Positions 38,299-48,119 of a stretch of 64,000 bases of DNA are shown here, one piece after another. The notes under the pieces were generated by a model. It had not been told where the DNA came from and ran no database searches. It saw only the letters and a list, made by a program, of their open reading frames with translations. The position numbers and the translations under genes are program-made. Each line of letters begins with the position of its first letter. The first letter of the stretch is position 1. The stretch comes from Alphaproteobacteria bacterium (GTDB lineage: Bacteria > Pseudomonadota > Alphaproteobacteria > UBA828): positions 1,248,001 through 1,312,000 of the forward strand of contig CBDCCI010000002.1 of the NCBI GenBank assembly GCA_965214705.1, given 5' to 3'.

Positions 38299-39891
38299 CT
38301 ACTCGGCGTCCGGCCAGGCGTCCTCGTCCGGAAGCCCTATCGCGAAACCGTATTCCTCCATCTGCCAGGCCGCGATGCTGGCGGAGAGGACGTGCTCCAT
38401 GATCGGCACCTTCTTCAGCGCCCAGCCGTCGAGCAGTGCGTCCGCCGTCGCTGCGAAGGACCGCCACTCCCCGCCCCTGCTGCCGGCCCTCAGGACATGC
38501 GCCGTCCTCAGCATGAGAAGCGCCCAGTAGTCGCGACGCTCCTCCAGGCGGGTCCACAGCGCCGCTTCCAGCTGCCGCGGGCCGGGCGCGTCATCCAGCG
38601 CCTCGTCCACCACAGCCGTGCCCTCGCTCCAGGTGGACACCAGCGCGTGGTCGAGCGGCCACTGCGCGCTGCGGCCGACCAGAACTCTCCGCTCGCGGGC
38701 CGAGAGCCCGGCGACCTCGCCGCCGGGATCGGCGAGGGCCGTCCATTCCGGCACGCCCATCGGCCGGGGCCGCAGATCGTCGATGCCGCACGCGCCTGCC
38801 ACGTCCAACAGTCCCGCGGCAGGCGGGCGCCCAGTGATCAGCCCGTCCGCCAGCGCAGCCGTCAAGACCGTCTCAAGCGCCGGCCAGGCCACCTCGAAGC
38901 CGCCGGACTCGGCGACGTGAGACGGCACGACGTCCTCGATACCGTTCCCCTGCGCCAGGAAGGCGTCCTTCACTCCCTCGCCTGTCTTGAGCAGCACCAG
39001 CGCCGCAGCGGGGCCGTTCCCGCCCTCGAGCGCCGCCGCGAAGGACTGGCCGCCCGTGCCGTCCGGCACCGTGCCGAACAGCTGCAACCGGCGCAGGCCA
39101 TGTTCCTCCAGCGGTCCCACCGGGCCGCGCCGCCGCGCCTCGCGCAGCGCCGTGTCGAGAAGCGGGCGCGTGCCGTCGGCGGGAAGCCAGCTCCGGATGA
39201 GGGGCAGCGCTGCCGCCGAACCGGGGTCGAGGGTGCCCCGCCGCGCCCGCTCGCCCAGCCCCCCGGCGGCGGCGAGACGGACCTCCGACGCCGTATGCAG
39301 AAGCCAGTACAGCGCCAGATGGCCGCACCACGGCTCGTCCCGGCCCGCGACACGGTGGACGAAGCCCGGCCGGAGCGGCGCAGGAAGCAGACCCAGCAGG
39401 TCTTCGAGCATCGCGTACAGGCGGTAGGTGTCGCCCTCCGCCTGCCGCCGCAGGTCGTCAAGCTCGGCGTCGAGGTCGCCGGGATAGCCGCGGCTCTCCG
39501 CCTCGTCCGCAATGGAGGCAAGGAGGAATGAGGCCAGGGCCTCGGGCGCGTCGATCTCGGCGCGGGCGTAGGCGCGAGCGAGCGACAGGGCGGTCTCAAG
39601 ATCGAGGCCCCCGGACGCGGCCAGCCCGTCGATCGTCCCCTGCGCCTCTGCCAGGAAGCGCTCGCCCAGGCGCCCCCCGCTCTCCCGGTCCAGCCGGGCG
39701 TGCTCGACCAGGGCCTCGAACAGGCGCATTCGCCGCTCCGGGTCCCACCGGGGGTCCAGAAGCAGCGCAGTTGTGATCCCCGGCGCTCCCAGGAGCGCCG
39801 GGGCGTGGTCCATCGCAGCGCGCATCGCGGCCTCGGCATCGTCGCCTGCGAGCTCGTCCAGCCAATCGGGGCCGGTATCGTCGTCCGGCAT
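38299..39891 (-). CDS. Hypothetical protein, 530 aa
   Basis: Long ORF with normal amino-acid composition; no family recognised. Confidence 0.7.
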   Translation of the reverse strand: MPDDDTGPDWLDELAGDDAEAAMRAAMDHAPALLGAPGITTALLLDPRWDPERRMRLFEALVEHARLDRESGGRLGERFLAEAQGTIDGLAASGGLDLETALSLARAYARAEIDAPEALASFLLASIADEAESRGYPGDLDAELDDLRRQAEGDTYRLYAMLEDLLGLLPAPLRPGFVHRVAGRDEPWCGHLALYWLLHTASEVRLAAAGGLGERARRGTLDPGSAAALPLIRSWLPADGTRPLLDTALREARRRGPVGPLEEHGLRRLQLFGTVPDGTGGQSFAAALEGGNGPAAALVLLKTGEGVKDAFLAQGNGIEDVVPSHVAESGGFEVAWPALETVLTAALADGLITGRPPAAGLLDVAGACGIDDLRPRPMGVPEWTALADPGGEVAGLSARERRVLVGRSAQWPLDHALVSTWSEGTAVVDEALDDAPGPRQLEAALWTRLEERRDYWALLMLRTAHVLRAGSRGGEWRSFAATADALLDGWALKKVPIMEHVLSASIAAWQMEEYGFAIGLPDEDAWPDAE

Positions 39892-40069
39892 GGGTCCGCT
39901 TTCCCGTCAGTCCCTGAAAGTGCCGCCGGCAACTTGCGAACACTGCGGCCGGAACGTGCACCGCCCGGTGCAGGGCAGCCGGAGACAGGAAGCCGCCCGG
40001 CGCCTCCGGGAACTGTGCCTGTTCGCCTTCCCGGGACTGGCGGTGCCGCAGGCGGCCGATAGTGGGGAA

Positions 40070-40459
40070 TCAGTCATCATCGCCGTCCGTTCTTCCGGGA
40101 GGCTTGAGAGGCACCATCAAGTCGGCGTCCAGCTTCGGCTCGTCCCACGCCCGGACGGAGGATTCCCAGAACCCCAGCATGGCCTGGAATTGCGGATCGT
40201 CGATCTTCGCATGGAACGTGTAGAGGCGGTCGACAACTTGCCGCATCAGATCGCGCATCGCGTCGTCGTCGAAATGGGACACGCGCGGCCACGGTATTCG
40301 CTGTCCGTCGGCGTCGACGACCGTCACGTCCGAGTAGTCGCCGGTGCGGGTGACCGGGACGATGCCGGCGTGGATGTCCTCGAGCTTCGTGTTGCGGACG
40401 CAGGTCAGGGCCATCAGCTTGGCTACGATCGACAAGGTCTGTCGCTCACTTTCGTTCAT
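40070..40459 (-). CDS. Hypothetical protein, 129 aa
   Basis: GGAGG RBS; protein-like sequence CVRNTKLEDIHAG..IPWPRVSHFDDDAMRDLM. Confidence 0.7.
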   Translation of the reverse strand: MNESERQTLSIVAKLMALTCVRNTKLEDIHAGIVPVTRTGDYSDVTVVDADGQRIPWPRVSHFDDDAMRDLMRQVVDRLYTFHAKIDDPQFQAMLGFWESSVRAWDEPKLDADLMVPLKPPGRTDGDDD

Positions 40460-40857
40460 GGCCCCCGCCTCCCGCGCCCGGGTCGTCCGCCGGGGAAGGT
40501 TACTGGAAAAGGGAGGGTGCGGCGACGTGGCGGAGGAGGTTCTGGCGGTCCTGCATCGGGCGGCGATGCATCCGCTGCTGCCTGGGCCTACCGGCATCGA
40601 AGGCGGAGCCTCGCCGCTTCGCAATCGAGAGGTCCGTGCTGAAGGCGGATCGGCTTGTCGCGGACGCGTGGCAGGCCCCTGCCGCGAGGTGGACGCCTCC
40701 TTGAATCGCACCGGACCCTTGCCTATAGCTTCGGGCGCCGGACGGGCGATTCGGAGGACGATCCGGGGCTGCGTGCGGGAGCGAACCCGTTACTTCGTTC
40801 AGTGCGGATGCCGGTCCGGTCGAGTGGCCTGTTCGCAGGCGGAGAGGTTCGATCCTC

Positions 40858-41726
40858 ATGGCCGATAGCCTCGATCCTATCGCAGGGCTCGACGAGAGCG
40901 CCCCCGCCAGGAAGCGCAAGCCCCAGCGCAAGGCTGCGCGGAAGGCGCCGCGCTCGCCCGGCCGGCGGTCGAAGGCGAGGGCGCCCGCGCCTCAGCCCGC
41001 GCCGCCCGGCAACGGCGACTACACTGCGCGCGACATCGAGATTCTGGAAGGGCTGGAGCCGGCGCGCCGCCGGCCCGGCACGTATGTGGGCGGCACCGAT
41101 CAGCGGGCGCTGCATCACCTGCTGGCCGAGCTCATCGACAACGCGATGGACGAGGCGATCGCCGGCCACGCGAGCCGGATCAAGATCGCGCTCTACGACG
41201 ACGGCTCGGCCTCGGTCAAGGACAACGGCCGTCGCATCCCCGTCGACCCGCATCCAGGTACGAGAACGTCTCGGCGCTGCAGGTGATCCTGACCACACTG
41301 CACTCGGGCGGGAAGTTCGGCGACAAGGTGTACGCGGCCTCGGGCGGCCTGCACGGGGTCGGCCTCTCCGTGGTCAACGCACTTTGGGAGCGGCTGACGG
41401 TGGAGGTCGCGCGCGACAGGCGGCTGTGGCGGCAGTGCTACGCGCAGGGCACGGCAGCCGGCCCGTTGGAGGACGCCGACCGCGACCGGCTGCTGGAGAG
41501 CGACTTCGCCGGCGCCGGCAAGGTCGAGATCAGCCGTTTCAAGGGGCTGGGCGAGATGCCGCCGGCCCAGCTCAAGGAGACCACCATTGACCCGGCGCGG
41601 CGCACGCTGCTGCGCGTCGAGGTTGCCGAAGACGCAGGCACGGCCACGGCGCACCGGGTCGAGGAACTGATGGGCCGCCGCCCGAATCCCGCCTTGCCTT
41701 CATTCAGAGCCACGCCGGCCAAGTGA
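40858..41726 (+). pseudogene. parE: Topoisomerase IV subunit B remnant (frameshift plus large internal deletion)
   Basis: [49 protein letters not shown] joined directly to the C-terminal [16 protein letters not shown]; transducer and most of Toprim absent. Confidence 0.85.
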
Positions 41727-41855
41727 GCGCGCTCGACCTGTGACACGGCCGGCTAACCGGGGCCTCGTTGGGCGTTGGGCCGCGCAGCGGAACGGAGATT
41801 TGACCCTTCCGTTGCCTTTCGTATCGTGATCCTGCAGGCGGAGGACTTATCGGCG

Positions 41856-42361
41856 ATGGGGACCTTGACGCGCGCGGATCTGGCGAGGGCCGTCAGCGAG
41901 GAGACGGGATGGACGCAGCGCAACGCGAGGAAGTTTGTCGACGCGGTATTCGAGGCGATCATGGCCCGCCTTGAGGCAGGGGAGACGGTGAAGCTCACCG
42001 GCTTCGGCAGCTTCAACCTGCGCGATTGACGCGCGCGGATCTGGCGAGGGCCGTCAGCGAGGAGACGGGATGGACGCAGCGCAACGCGAGGAAGTTTGTC
42101 GACGCGGTATTCGAGGCGATCATGGCCCGCCTTGAGGCAGGGGAGACGGTGAAGCTCACCGGCTTCGGCAGCTTCAACCTGCGCGACAAGAGCGAGCGTC
42201 TGGGCCGCAATCCCCATACCCTGGAGGCGGCGCCGATAGCGCCGCGCCGTGTGGTGATCTTCCGGGCTTCCCATGTGCTGAAGAAGCGAATCGCCAAAGG
42301 ACTGTCGGGCGGCCGGGACGGCATTTCGGCAGAGAGCCCCGCATCCGGAGTTGGATTATAG
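41856..42361 (+). pseudogene. ihfA: Integration host factor alpha-like gene disrupted by a 161-bp tandem duplication (second part may restart at TTG 42026)
   Basis: TLTRADLA, VKLTGFGSFNLRDKSERLGRNP, RRVVIFRASHVLK. Confidence 0.75.
41865..42186 (+). repeat. Perfect tandem duplication, 2 x 161 bp
   Basis: 41865-42025 reads identical to 42026-42186. Confidence 0.92.
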
Positions 42362-42372
42362 GGAGTGCCGGA

Positions 42373-43797
42373 ATGAGTCGGAGCCGTCTCGACGCTGAGC
42401 CTACCGTCTTGTCCGATTCCATAGACGAGGCTGTGTCCCCGCCGAGCCCGATTGCAACACTGGCGGAAGCATCGCGGGTTGCAAACGGTATCGAGGATCC
42501 CGCCAGTCGGGTCGAGGCGCTCGCTGCGATCTCCGAAGGGCTGCACAAGGCTGGCGATATCTCGCGCGTGGCCGACACCATGTTGGAGGCTCTCGCCGTG
42601 GCCGAGGCAATGACGGGAGACACCGCACGGGCGTCCGGGCTCGCCTCGATCGCGGAGGTGCAGGCGTCGACCGGCGACCTTCCGTCGGCGCGGGCGACCG
42701 TGGCGAAGGCATTGGAGACCGTGCCCGAGACCGGTAATGACGATGCGCGGGGGGACGTCCTCGCCTCCATCGCACGGGCTCAGGCGAAAGCAGGCGATGC
42801 CGCCGGCGCCCTGACAACGGCAGAGCGCCTGGCAACGGAGTTCCTCCGACAGCGCTCGCTGTCCGGCATCGCCATAGCTTTATCTTCGGCAGGCATGTTC
42901 CGTGCTGCGCTGTCTGTGTCGCAGGCAATCGCGTCACCTGATGCACGAGCCTATGCGTTGACTTCGATCGCCAGGGAACAAGTCCGCTGCGGCGACGTTT
43001 CGGGCGCGGAGCTTTCGATTGCGCGAGCGCTTGAAGCCGCCAGCGTATTCATGGACGTCGAGCGGGTCCTGTTGCTGGTCGAACTCTGCCGTGTTCAGAT
43101 CTCTATCGGAAGCAATTCGGGCGCTGCGGACTCGATGGCCGAAGCCCTGTTCGTTGCCGAATCGGCCTCCGAGGAGAGCGATCGCGTTTGGGCGTTCGCG
43201 CATATCGCCCGCAACCAGCCGAGGCTCGGCTATCCTTCACAGGCGCGGCACACGATCGCCAGGGCAATTACGGCCGCTGAAGGAATTGCGGCAGACCGCG
43301 ACCGTGCATCCGCTCTCTGCCAAATAGCGGAAGCACAGGCCAGGACCGGCGACCGGACCGGCGCGTTGAGTTCGATCGCCGAGGCAGTTGAAATCGTCAA
43401 TAGACCTGGGGATGCCTGGGACCGCGACTACATCCTGTCTCAAATCGCCGTGGCGGAGGCTACGGCAGGCGACGACCATGCGGCGCTCTCAACCGCTCGC
43501 CGCGTCAAGGAACTGCCCGGGCCCGATGCACTGCTGAGCGAAATCTGCGAAGTGCAGTGCTGGGAACACAATTTCCCGGAGGCCATTGCAACGGCCCGGG
43601 AGATTTCGGGGGCTCGTCTGCGGAGCGGGGCGTTTGCCGACATCGCGAGGTACAGTGCTCGAGACGGCAACACTTCGGGGGTTGGGCAGGCGGTAGTCCT
43701 GGCCCTGGAGGCTGCGGCGTCGATAGCGGATGACTTCGAGCACGCGATGATCCTGGTGGAGGTCGCCGCGGCTCAGCTCGACGCCGTCACGGATTGA
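42373..43797 (+). CDS. Alpha-helical repeat (TPR-like) protein
   Basis: Recurring R..AL..IA..QA..GD...A units through 474 aa. Confidence 0.75.
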   Translation: MSRSRLDAEPTVLSDSIDEAVSPPSPIATLAEASRVANGIEDPASRVEALAAISEGLHKAGDISRVADTMLEALAVAEAMTGDTARASGLASIAEVQASTGDLPSARATVAKALETVPETGNDDARGDVLASIARAQAKAGDAAGALTTAERLATEFLRQRSLSGIAIALSSAGMFRAALSVSQAIASPDARAYALTSIAREQVRCGDVSGAELSIARALEAASVFMDVERVLLLVELCRVQISIGSNSGAADSMAEALFVAESASEESDRVWAFAHIARNQPRLGYPSQARHTIARAITAAEGIAADRDRASALCQIAEAQARTGDRTGALSSIAEAVEIVNRPGDAWDRDYILSQIAVAEATAGDDHAALSTARRVKELPGPDALLSEICEVQCWEHNFPEAIATAREISGARLRSGAFADIARYSARDGNTSGVGQAVVLALEAAASIADDFEHAMILVEVAAAQLDAVTD

Positions 43798-44029
43798 CGT
43801 CCACTCCCGCCGGCATGACTCGGCTTCGCTTCGACGATGCCGGAGCGGACTGGAGCGGTACGTTGCAGAAGGAGCGTTTCATCGTAAGGCCGGTATCGAG
43901 GCCCCATGCTCCAACGAATCTGATTTCGCGGCCGACTCCGGGCGTTGACAAGGAGCCTGAGAGGAGGCATCGCGATGACGGGTTTGGAAATTCTGCCCGG
44001 CCACAAGATCGGCAGCATCTCGGTCGAGG

Positions 44030-44155
44030 CGTCAGTGCGCGGCGAGATCATCGTCTGCGCCTTGCGCGCGGGCTTGCTCACGCGCCTGATCTTCGGGAGG
44101 CCGGGCAGCGTGGAGGTGCCGACGGCGCGCTTTCCTTACGTGACGCTTGATCAGG
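44030..44155 (-). pseudogene. Degenerate fragment of the HU-like gene at 37472-37813
   Basis: LIKRHVRK/AVGTSTLPGLPKIRRVSKPARKAQTMISPRT aligns with LIERHIKKRAVGTFTLPGLLRVMRVRKPATKARTMISPRT. Confidence 0.75.
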
Positions 44156-44721
44156 GGTCCCAGTCGGGCGCGGCTGCGACGCCACGGGCTCCGCCTCTCC
44201 CTGCGCCAAGCGTTCTGACCCGGTTCCCGCCGCGGCAAGGCCGATGGGAGGAAGCGCGCGCCGGCCATTGGGATCGCGGGCCTCCGAAATCAGAGCGTTC
44301 GGGACGCGCGGGCGGGCTCGGCATGTGCACCGCCGCTCCGAGGGCCTGAGCGGCCCGCGTCTTACCGCTGGCACCCGACGTCCGCGTCTGATTGGTGATC
44401 CCGCAAGAGCGCGAAGGACATCGGGGTAGCGATCGCGGATCAGGTTGAAGGGCATCACGGCTACTCGCCGTTGCTCGCGGCGGATGGAGAGTACCGCATG
44501 GGGATCTCGGGAACCGACAGGACATCCGTGTCCGCGAGATCCAGCCGTCGTGCCCGCGCAAGCTCCGCACGATGCCGGCAAGAAGATGGGGGGCCGGGCA
44601 TGACGTTGCCGGTTGCCTGCGGACGCCTCAGAATATCGGCCGGCTCGATTGGCTGCCGGTTCTCGAGCGTGGCGAGTCGGTCAACGCCTTGAGGCCTCAC
44701 CGGCGAGAAGGAACTCCAGGT

Positions 44722-45099
44722 ATGACCGAGCATCGCTGGCAGGACATCTGGATCGAGCAGTGCGAGGCAGCCGAGGACATCATGCACGGTTTTGGAGTCG
44801 AATCGGCCTTCGACTACATCGTCGGCGAGAAGCTTGTCACCTTCGCGCAGGCGGCTGCGGAACGTCCCGAGTTCGCGCAGGCGCTGCCCGGTTTCGTGTC
44901 GAGGCTGCGGAGCATGTTCACGCCCGAGGAAATGCAGGACAATTTCGCCCGGTTCGAGCAGTTGTTGCACGACATGGAAGAGGCCGCTGCGGAAGAGCCC
45001 GAACTGAGCATTTATGATCCGGAGGCGATCGCCGAGCATGCGCGGCAGCTGGGCCTGCTCAGGGAGTTGCTGTTCGCGCCCGCGCTCGGGACATCGTGA
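44722..45099 (+). CDS. Hypothetical protein, 125 aa, coupled to recD2
   Basis: RBS-like AGGAAC/AGGT before ATG; GTGA overlap with the helicase start. Confidence 0.7.
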   Translation: MTEHRWQDIWIEQCEAAEDIMHGFGVESAFDYIVGEKLVTFAQAAAERPEFAQALPGFVSRLRSMFTPEEMQDNFARFEQLLHDMEEAAAEEPELSIYDPEAIAEHARQLGLLRELLFAPALGTS

Positions 45100-47324
45100 A
45101 GCCGGGCGTCCGGCCGGCGCCGTCACCGGACCGCGAGGTTCTGGCGGGTCTGGTCGAGCGCGTCACCTTCCACAATCCCGAGAGCGGCTTCTGCGTGCTT
45201 CGGACCAAGGCGCGGGGCCACCGCGACCTCGTCACCGTGGTCGGTCACGCCGCCATGGTCGGGGCCGGGGAATGGATCACGGCCTCCGGCGAATGGGTCA
45301 ACGACCGCACCCACGGCCACCAGTTCAAGGCACGCTTCGTGCGCACCTCCACGCCGTCATCCGTGGAGGGCATCGAGAAGTACCTGGGCTCGGGCACGAT
45401 CCGGGGCATCGGCCCGGTCTACGCCGGCAAGCTGGTCCGGGCATTCGGCGAGAAGGTCTTCGACGTCATCGAGGCGGAGCCCGGCCGGCTGCGCGAGGTG
45501 ACGGGCATCGGGCCGATGCGCGCCGGACGTATCACCGACGCCTGGGCGGAGCAGAAGGCGGTGCGCGAGATCATGGTGTTTCTCCACGGCCACGGCGTGG
45601 GCACGGCGCGAGCGGTGCGCATATTCAAGACCTACGGCGCCGACGCGGTCGAGGTCATGACGGAGAACCCGTACCGGCTCGCCCGCGACATCCGCGGCAT
45701 CGGCTTCAAGACGGCCGACGCGATCGCGATGAAGCTCGGCATCGAGAAGACGGCGACGGTCCGGGTGCGCGCAGGCATCTCGTATGCGCTGACCGAGGCT
45801 ATGGACGAGGGGCATTGCGGGCTGCCGGCGGACGAGCTGGGACCGCTGGCATCCCGGCTTCTGGAAGTGTCCGACGACCTGATCCGCACCGCGCTCGATC
45901 TGGAGTTGGCCGAAGGCACCGTGGTCGCGGACACGGTGGAAGACACCCCCTGCATCTTTCTCGGCGGTCTCTACCGGGCAGAACAGGCGATCGCGGAGCG
46001 GTTGTCGAGCATCGCCGCGGGCAGGCTGCCCTGGCCCGGCATCGACGCGGAGAAGGCGCTGCCGTGGGTCGGGCGTAAGACGGGGCTCACGCTGGCGGCC
46101 GGCCAGGCCGAGGCAGTGCGTCTGGCGCTCACCTCCAAGGTCACTGTCGTCACCGGCGGCCCTGGCGTGGGCAAGACGACGATCGTCAACGCCATCCTGC
46201 GCATCCTGTCGGCCAAGGGCGTGGAGCTTCTGCTGTGCGCGCCGACCGGGCGCGCCGCGAAGCGGATGAGCGAGGCCACCGGCCTGGAGGCGAAAACCAT
46301 CCACCGCCTGCTCGAGGTCGACCCAAGGCATGGCGGGTTCAGGCGCGATGGGGACAACCCCCTCGACTGCAGTCTCCTGGTGATCGACGAGACGTCCATG
46401 GTGGACGTCATGCTGATGCGCTCGCTGCTGGCAGCGGTGCCCGACGAGGCCGCACTGCTGATCGTGGGCGACGTCGACCAGCTGCCCTCGGTGGGTCCCG
46501 GCCAGGTACTCGCGGACATCATCGCCTCCGGCGCGTTTCCGGTGGCGCGCTTGACTGAGGTCTTCCGTCAGGCGGCGCGGAGCCGGATCGTAACCACCGC
46601 CCACGGCATCAACCGGGGCGCCATCCCCGACCTGTCCCGGCCGGACGGCGAGAGCGACTTCTACTTCGTGCCAGCGGACGGCCCGGAAACCGCCGCCGCG
46701 AGGATCGTCGAGCTGGTGAAGACGCGCATCCCGAAGCGCTTCGGCCTCGACCCGGTCCGCGACATCCAGGTGCTGTGCCCGATGAACCGCGGTGGGGCGG
46801 GCGCGCGGTCGCTCAACATCGAGCTCCAGTCCGCCCTCAACCCTGCCGGCGAACGCAAGGTCGAGCGCTTCGGCTGGACCTTCGCGCCCGGCGACAAGGT
46901 GATGCAGATCGAGAACGACTACGACAAGGAGGTCTACAACGGCGACATTGGCCACGTCGTCGACGTGGACCCCGAAACGGGGGAACTCACCGCGCATTTC
47001 GAGGGAAGCGATCACGTCTACGGCTTCGGCGAGCTCGACACGCTGGTGCCGGCCTATGCCGCGACCGTGCACAAAAGCCAGGGCTCGGAGTACCCGGCGG
47101 TGATCGTGCCGGTGCTGACCCAGCACTACGCGATGCTGCGGCGGAATCTCCTTTACACAGGCGTCACGCGGGGCAAGCGGCTGGTGGTGCTGGTGGGCCA
47201 GAAGAAGGCGGTGGCCATTGCGGTGCGCAACGTCTCGGGACGGCGGCGCTGGTCGAAGCTCGACGAATGGCTGGGCCTCAACGGCTCCGATCGCGGAAGC
47301 CTTGAGAGTGCATCGCGGCGATAA
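45096..47324 (+). CDS. recD2: ATP-dependent RecD2-like DNA helicase
   Basis: VERVTFHN, GIGFKTAD, TGGPGVGKTT, APTGRAAKR, IDETSM, GDVDQLPSVGPG, TVHKSQGSEY, LLYTGVTR. Confidence 0.93.
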   Translation: MKPGVRPAPSPDREVLAGLVERVTFHNPESGFCVLRTKARGHRDLVTVVGHAAMVGAGEWITASGEWVNDRTHGHQFKARFVRTSTPSSVEGIEKYLGSGTIRGIGPVYAGKLVRAFGEKVFDVIEAEPGRLREVTGIGPMRAGRITDAWAEQKAVREIMVFLHGHGVGTARAVRIFKTYGADAVEVMTENPYRLARDIRGIGFKTADAIAMKLGIEKTATVRVRAGISYALTEAMDEGHCGLPADELGPLASRLLEVSDDLIRTALDLELAEGTVVADTVEDTPCIFLGGLYRAEQAIAERLSSIAAGRLPWPGIDAEKALPWVGRKTGLTLAAGQAEAVRLALTSKVTVVTGGPGVGKTTIVNAILRILSAKGVELLLCAPTGRAAKRMSEATGLEAKTIHRLLEVDPRHGGFRRDGDNPLDCSLLVIDETSMVDVMLMRSLLAAVPDEAALLIVGDVDQLPSVGPGQVLADIIASGAFPVARLTEVFRQAARSRIVTTAHGINRGAIPDLSRPDGESDFYFVPADGPETAAARIVELVKTRIPKRFGLDPVRDIQVLCPMNRGGAGARSLNIELQSALNPAGERKVERFGWTFAPGDKVMQIENDYDKEVYNGDIGHVVDVDPETGELTAHFEGSDHVYGFGELDTLVPAYAATVHKSQGSEYPAVIVPVLTQHYAMLRRNLLYTGVTRGKRLVVLVGQKKAVAIAVRNVSGRRRWSKLDEWLGLNGSDRGSLESASRR

Positions 47325-47385
47325 CCGGTGGCGCCCGGCACGCGGTCGCGACGCCGCCCCGGCCGGATGGCGCGGGAGCGGCGGG

Positions 47386-47652
47386 TCAATGCCCGGTGCC
47401 CGGTCCGGTGGCGGGAGAGCGCAGACAGCGGGCAGCGAACGCGGTCCATGAGTCCCGGTCGTGGCCGAGCCGACGGTTCAGGACATCGCACATACGTAGC
47501 GCATCGTCGATACCGAGCGCGACCATTGCGGTGGGGATGCTGGCGCTCATTCCGTCGACGGCGATCGCGATGCGGTGGACCCCGTCCTCATCGGGCAGGT
47601 CCTCTGCGAAGAAGACGAAATCCACTTCGTCCGGCAGGGCATCGACGCTCAT
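47386..47652 (-). CDS. Hypothetical protein, 88 aa
   Basis: GGAG before ATG; protein-like sequence; no motif. Confidence 0.5.
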   Translation of the reverse strand: MSVDALPDEVDFVFFAEDLPDEDGVHRIAIAVDGMSASIPTAMVALGIDDALRMCDVLNRRLGHDRDSWTAFAARCLRSPATGPGTGH

Positions 47653-48119
47653 ATGCTGGCTCCGTTGGCGATTGTGCCGGTGCCCGCCGCCGGGCCGGCA
47701 TCCCTATTTGGCGCGGCGGCGGTTTGGCCGTCCACCGGCCGCACGGGTAGAAGAGGCCGACACCTGTCCCCGTCAACGCGTGCTCGCCATCGCCGCGGCG
47801 CCCGCGGCGATGGACGAACTGCTGACCGACATCACTCCGCAGCTACGAAGATGCTGAGACGCGCGGCTTCGAAATCGTCTTGCGCCAGGAAATGGAAACG
47901 CTCGTCGTTGTGAGTCTGGGCGACGCCGGAGCCGCAGACGGGCCTGGGCATTCGTTGAAGCAGAAGACGATGGGCGGTCTCGATTGCCTGTGCAGGGACG
48001 GATGCAGCCCCATGACGCTCACGAAGGGCAGCGCGGTCAAGGAAGGCTCATGACAAGTTGTCCACAGCAGCCGGGCGGGAACAGTCAGCGCTTGAGAGCG
48101 GGCGTTCCGCCATGTCCGT

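Noticed and set aside
44380-44560. Possible cas3 end / cse1 start remnant (MPFNLIRD on the minus strand)
   Set aside because: Only a few residues resemble it; cannot be distinguished from chance
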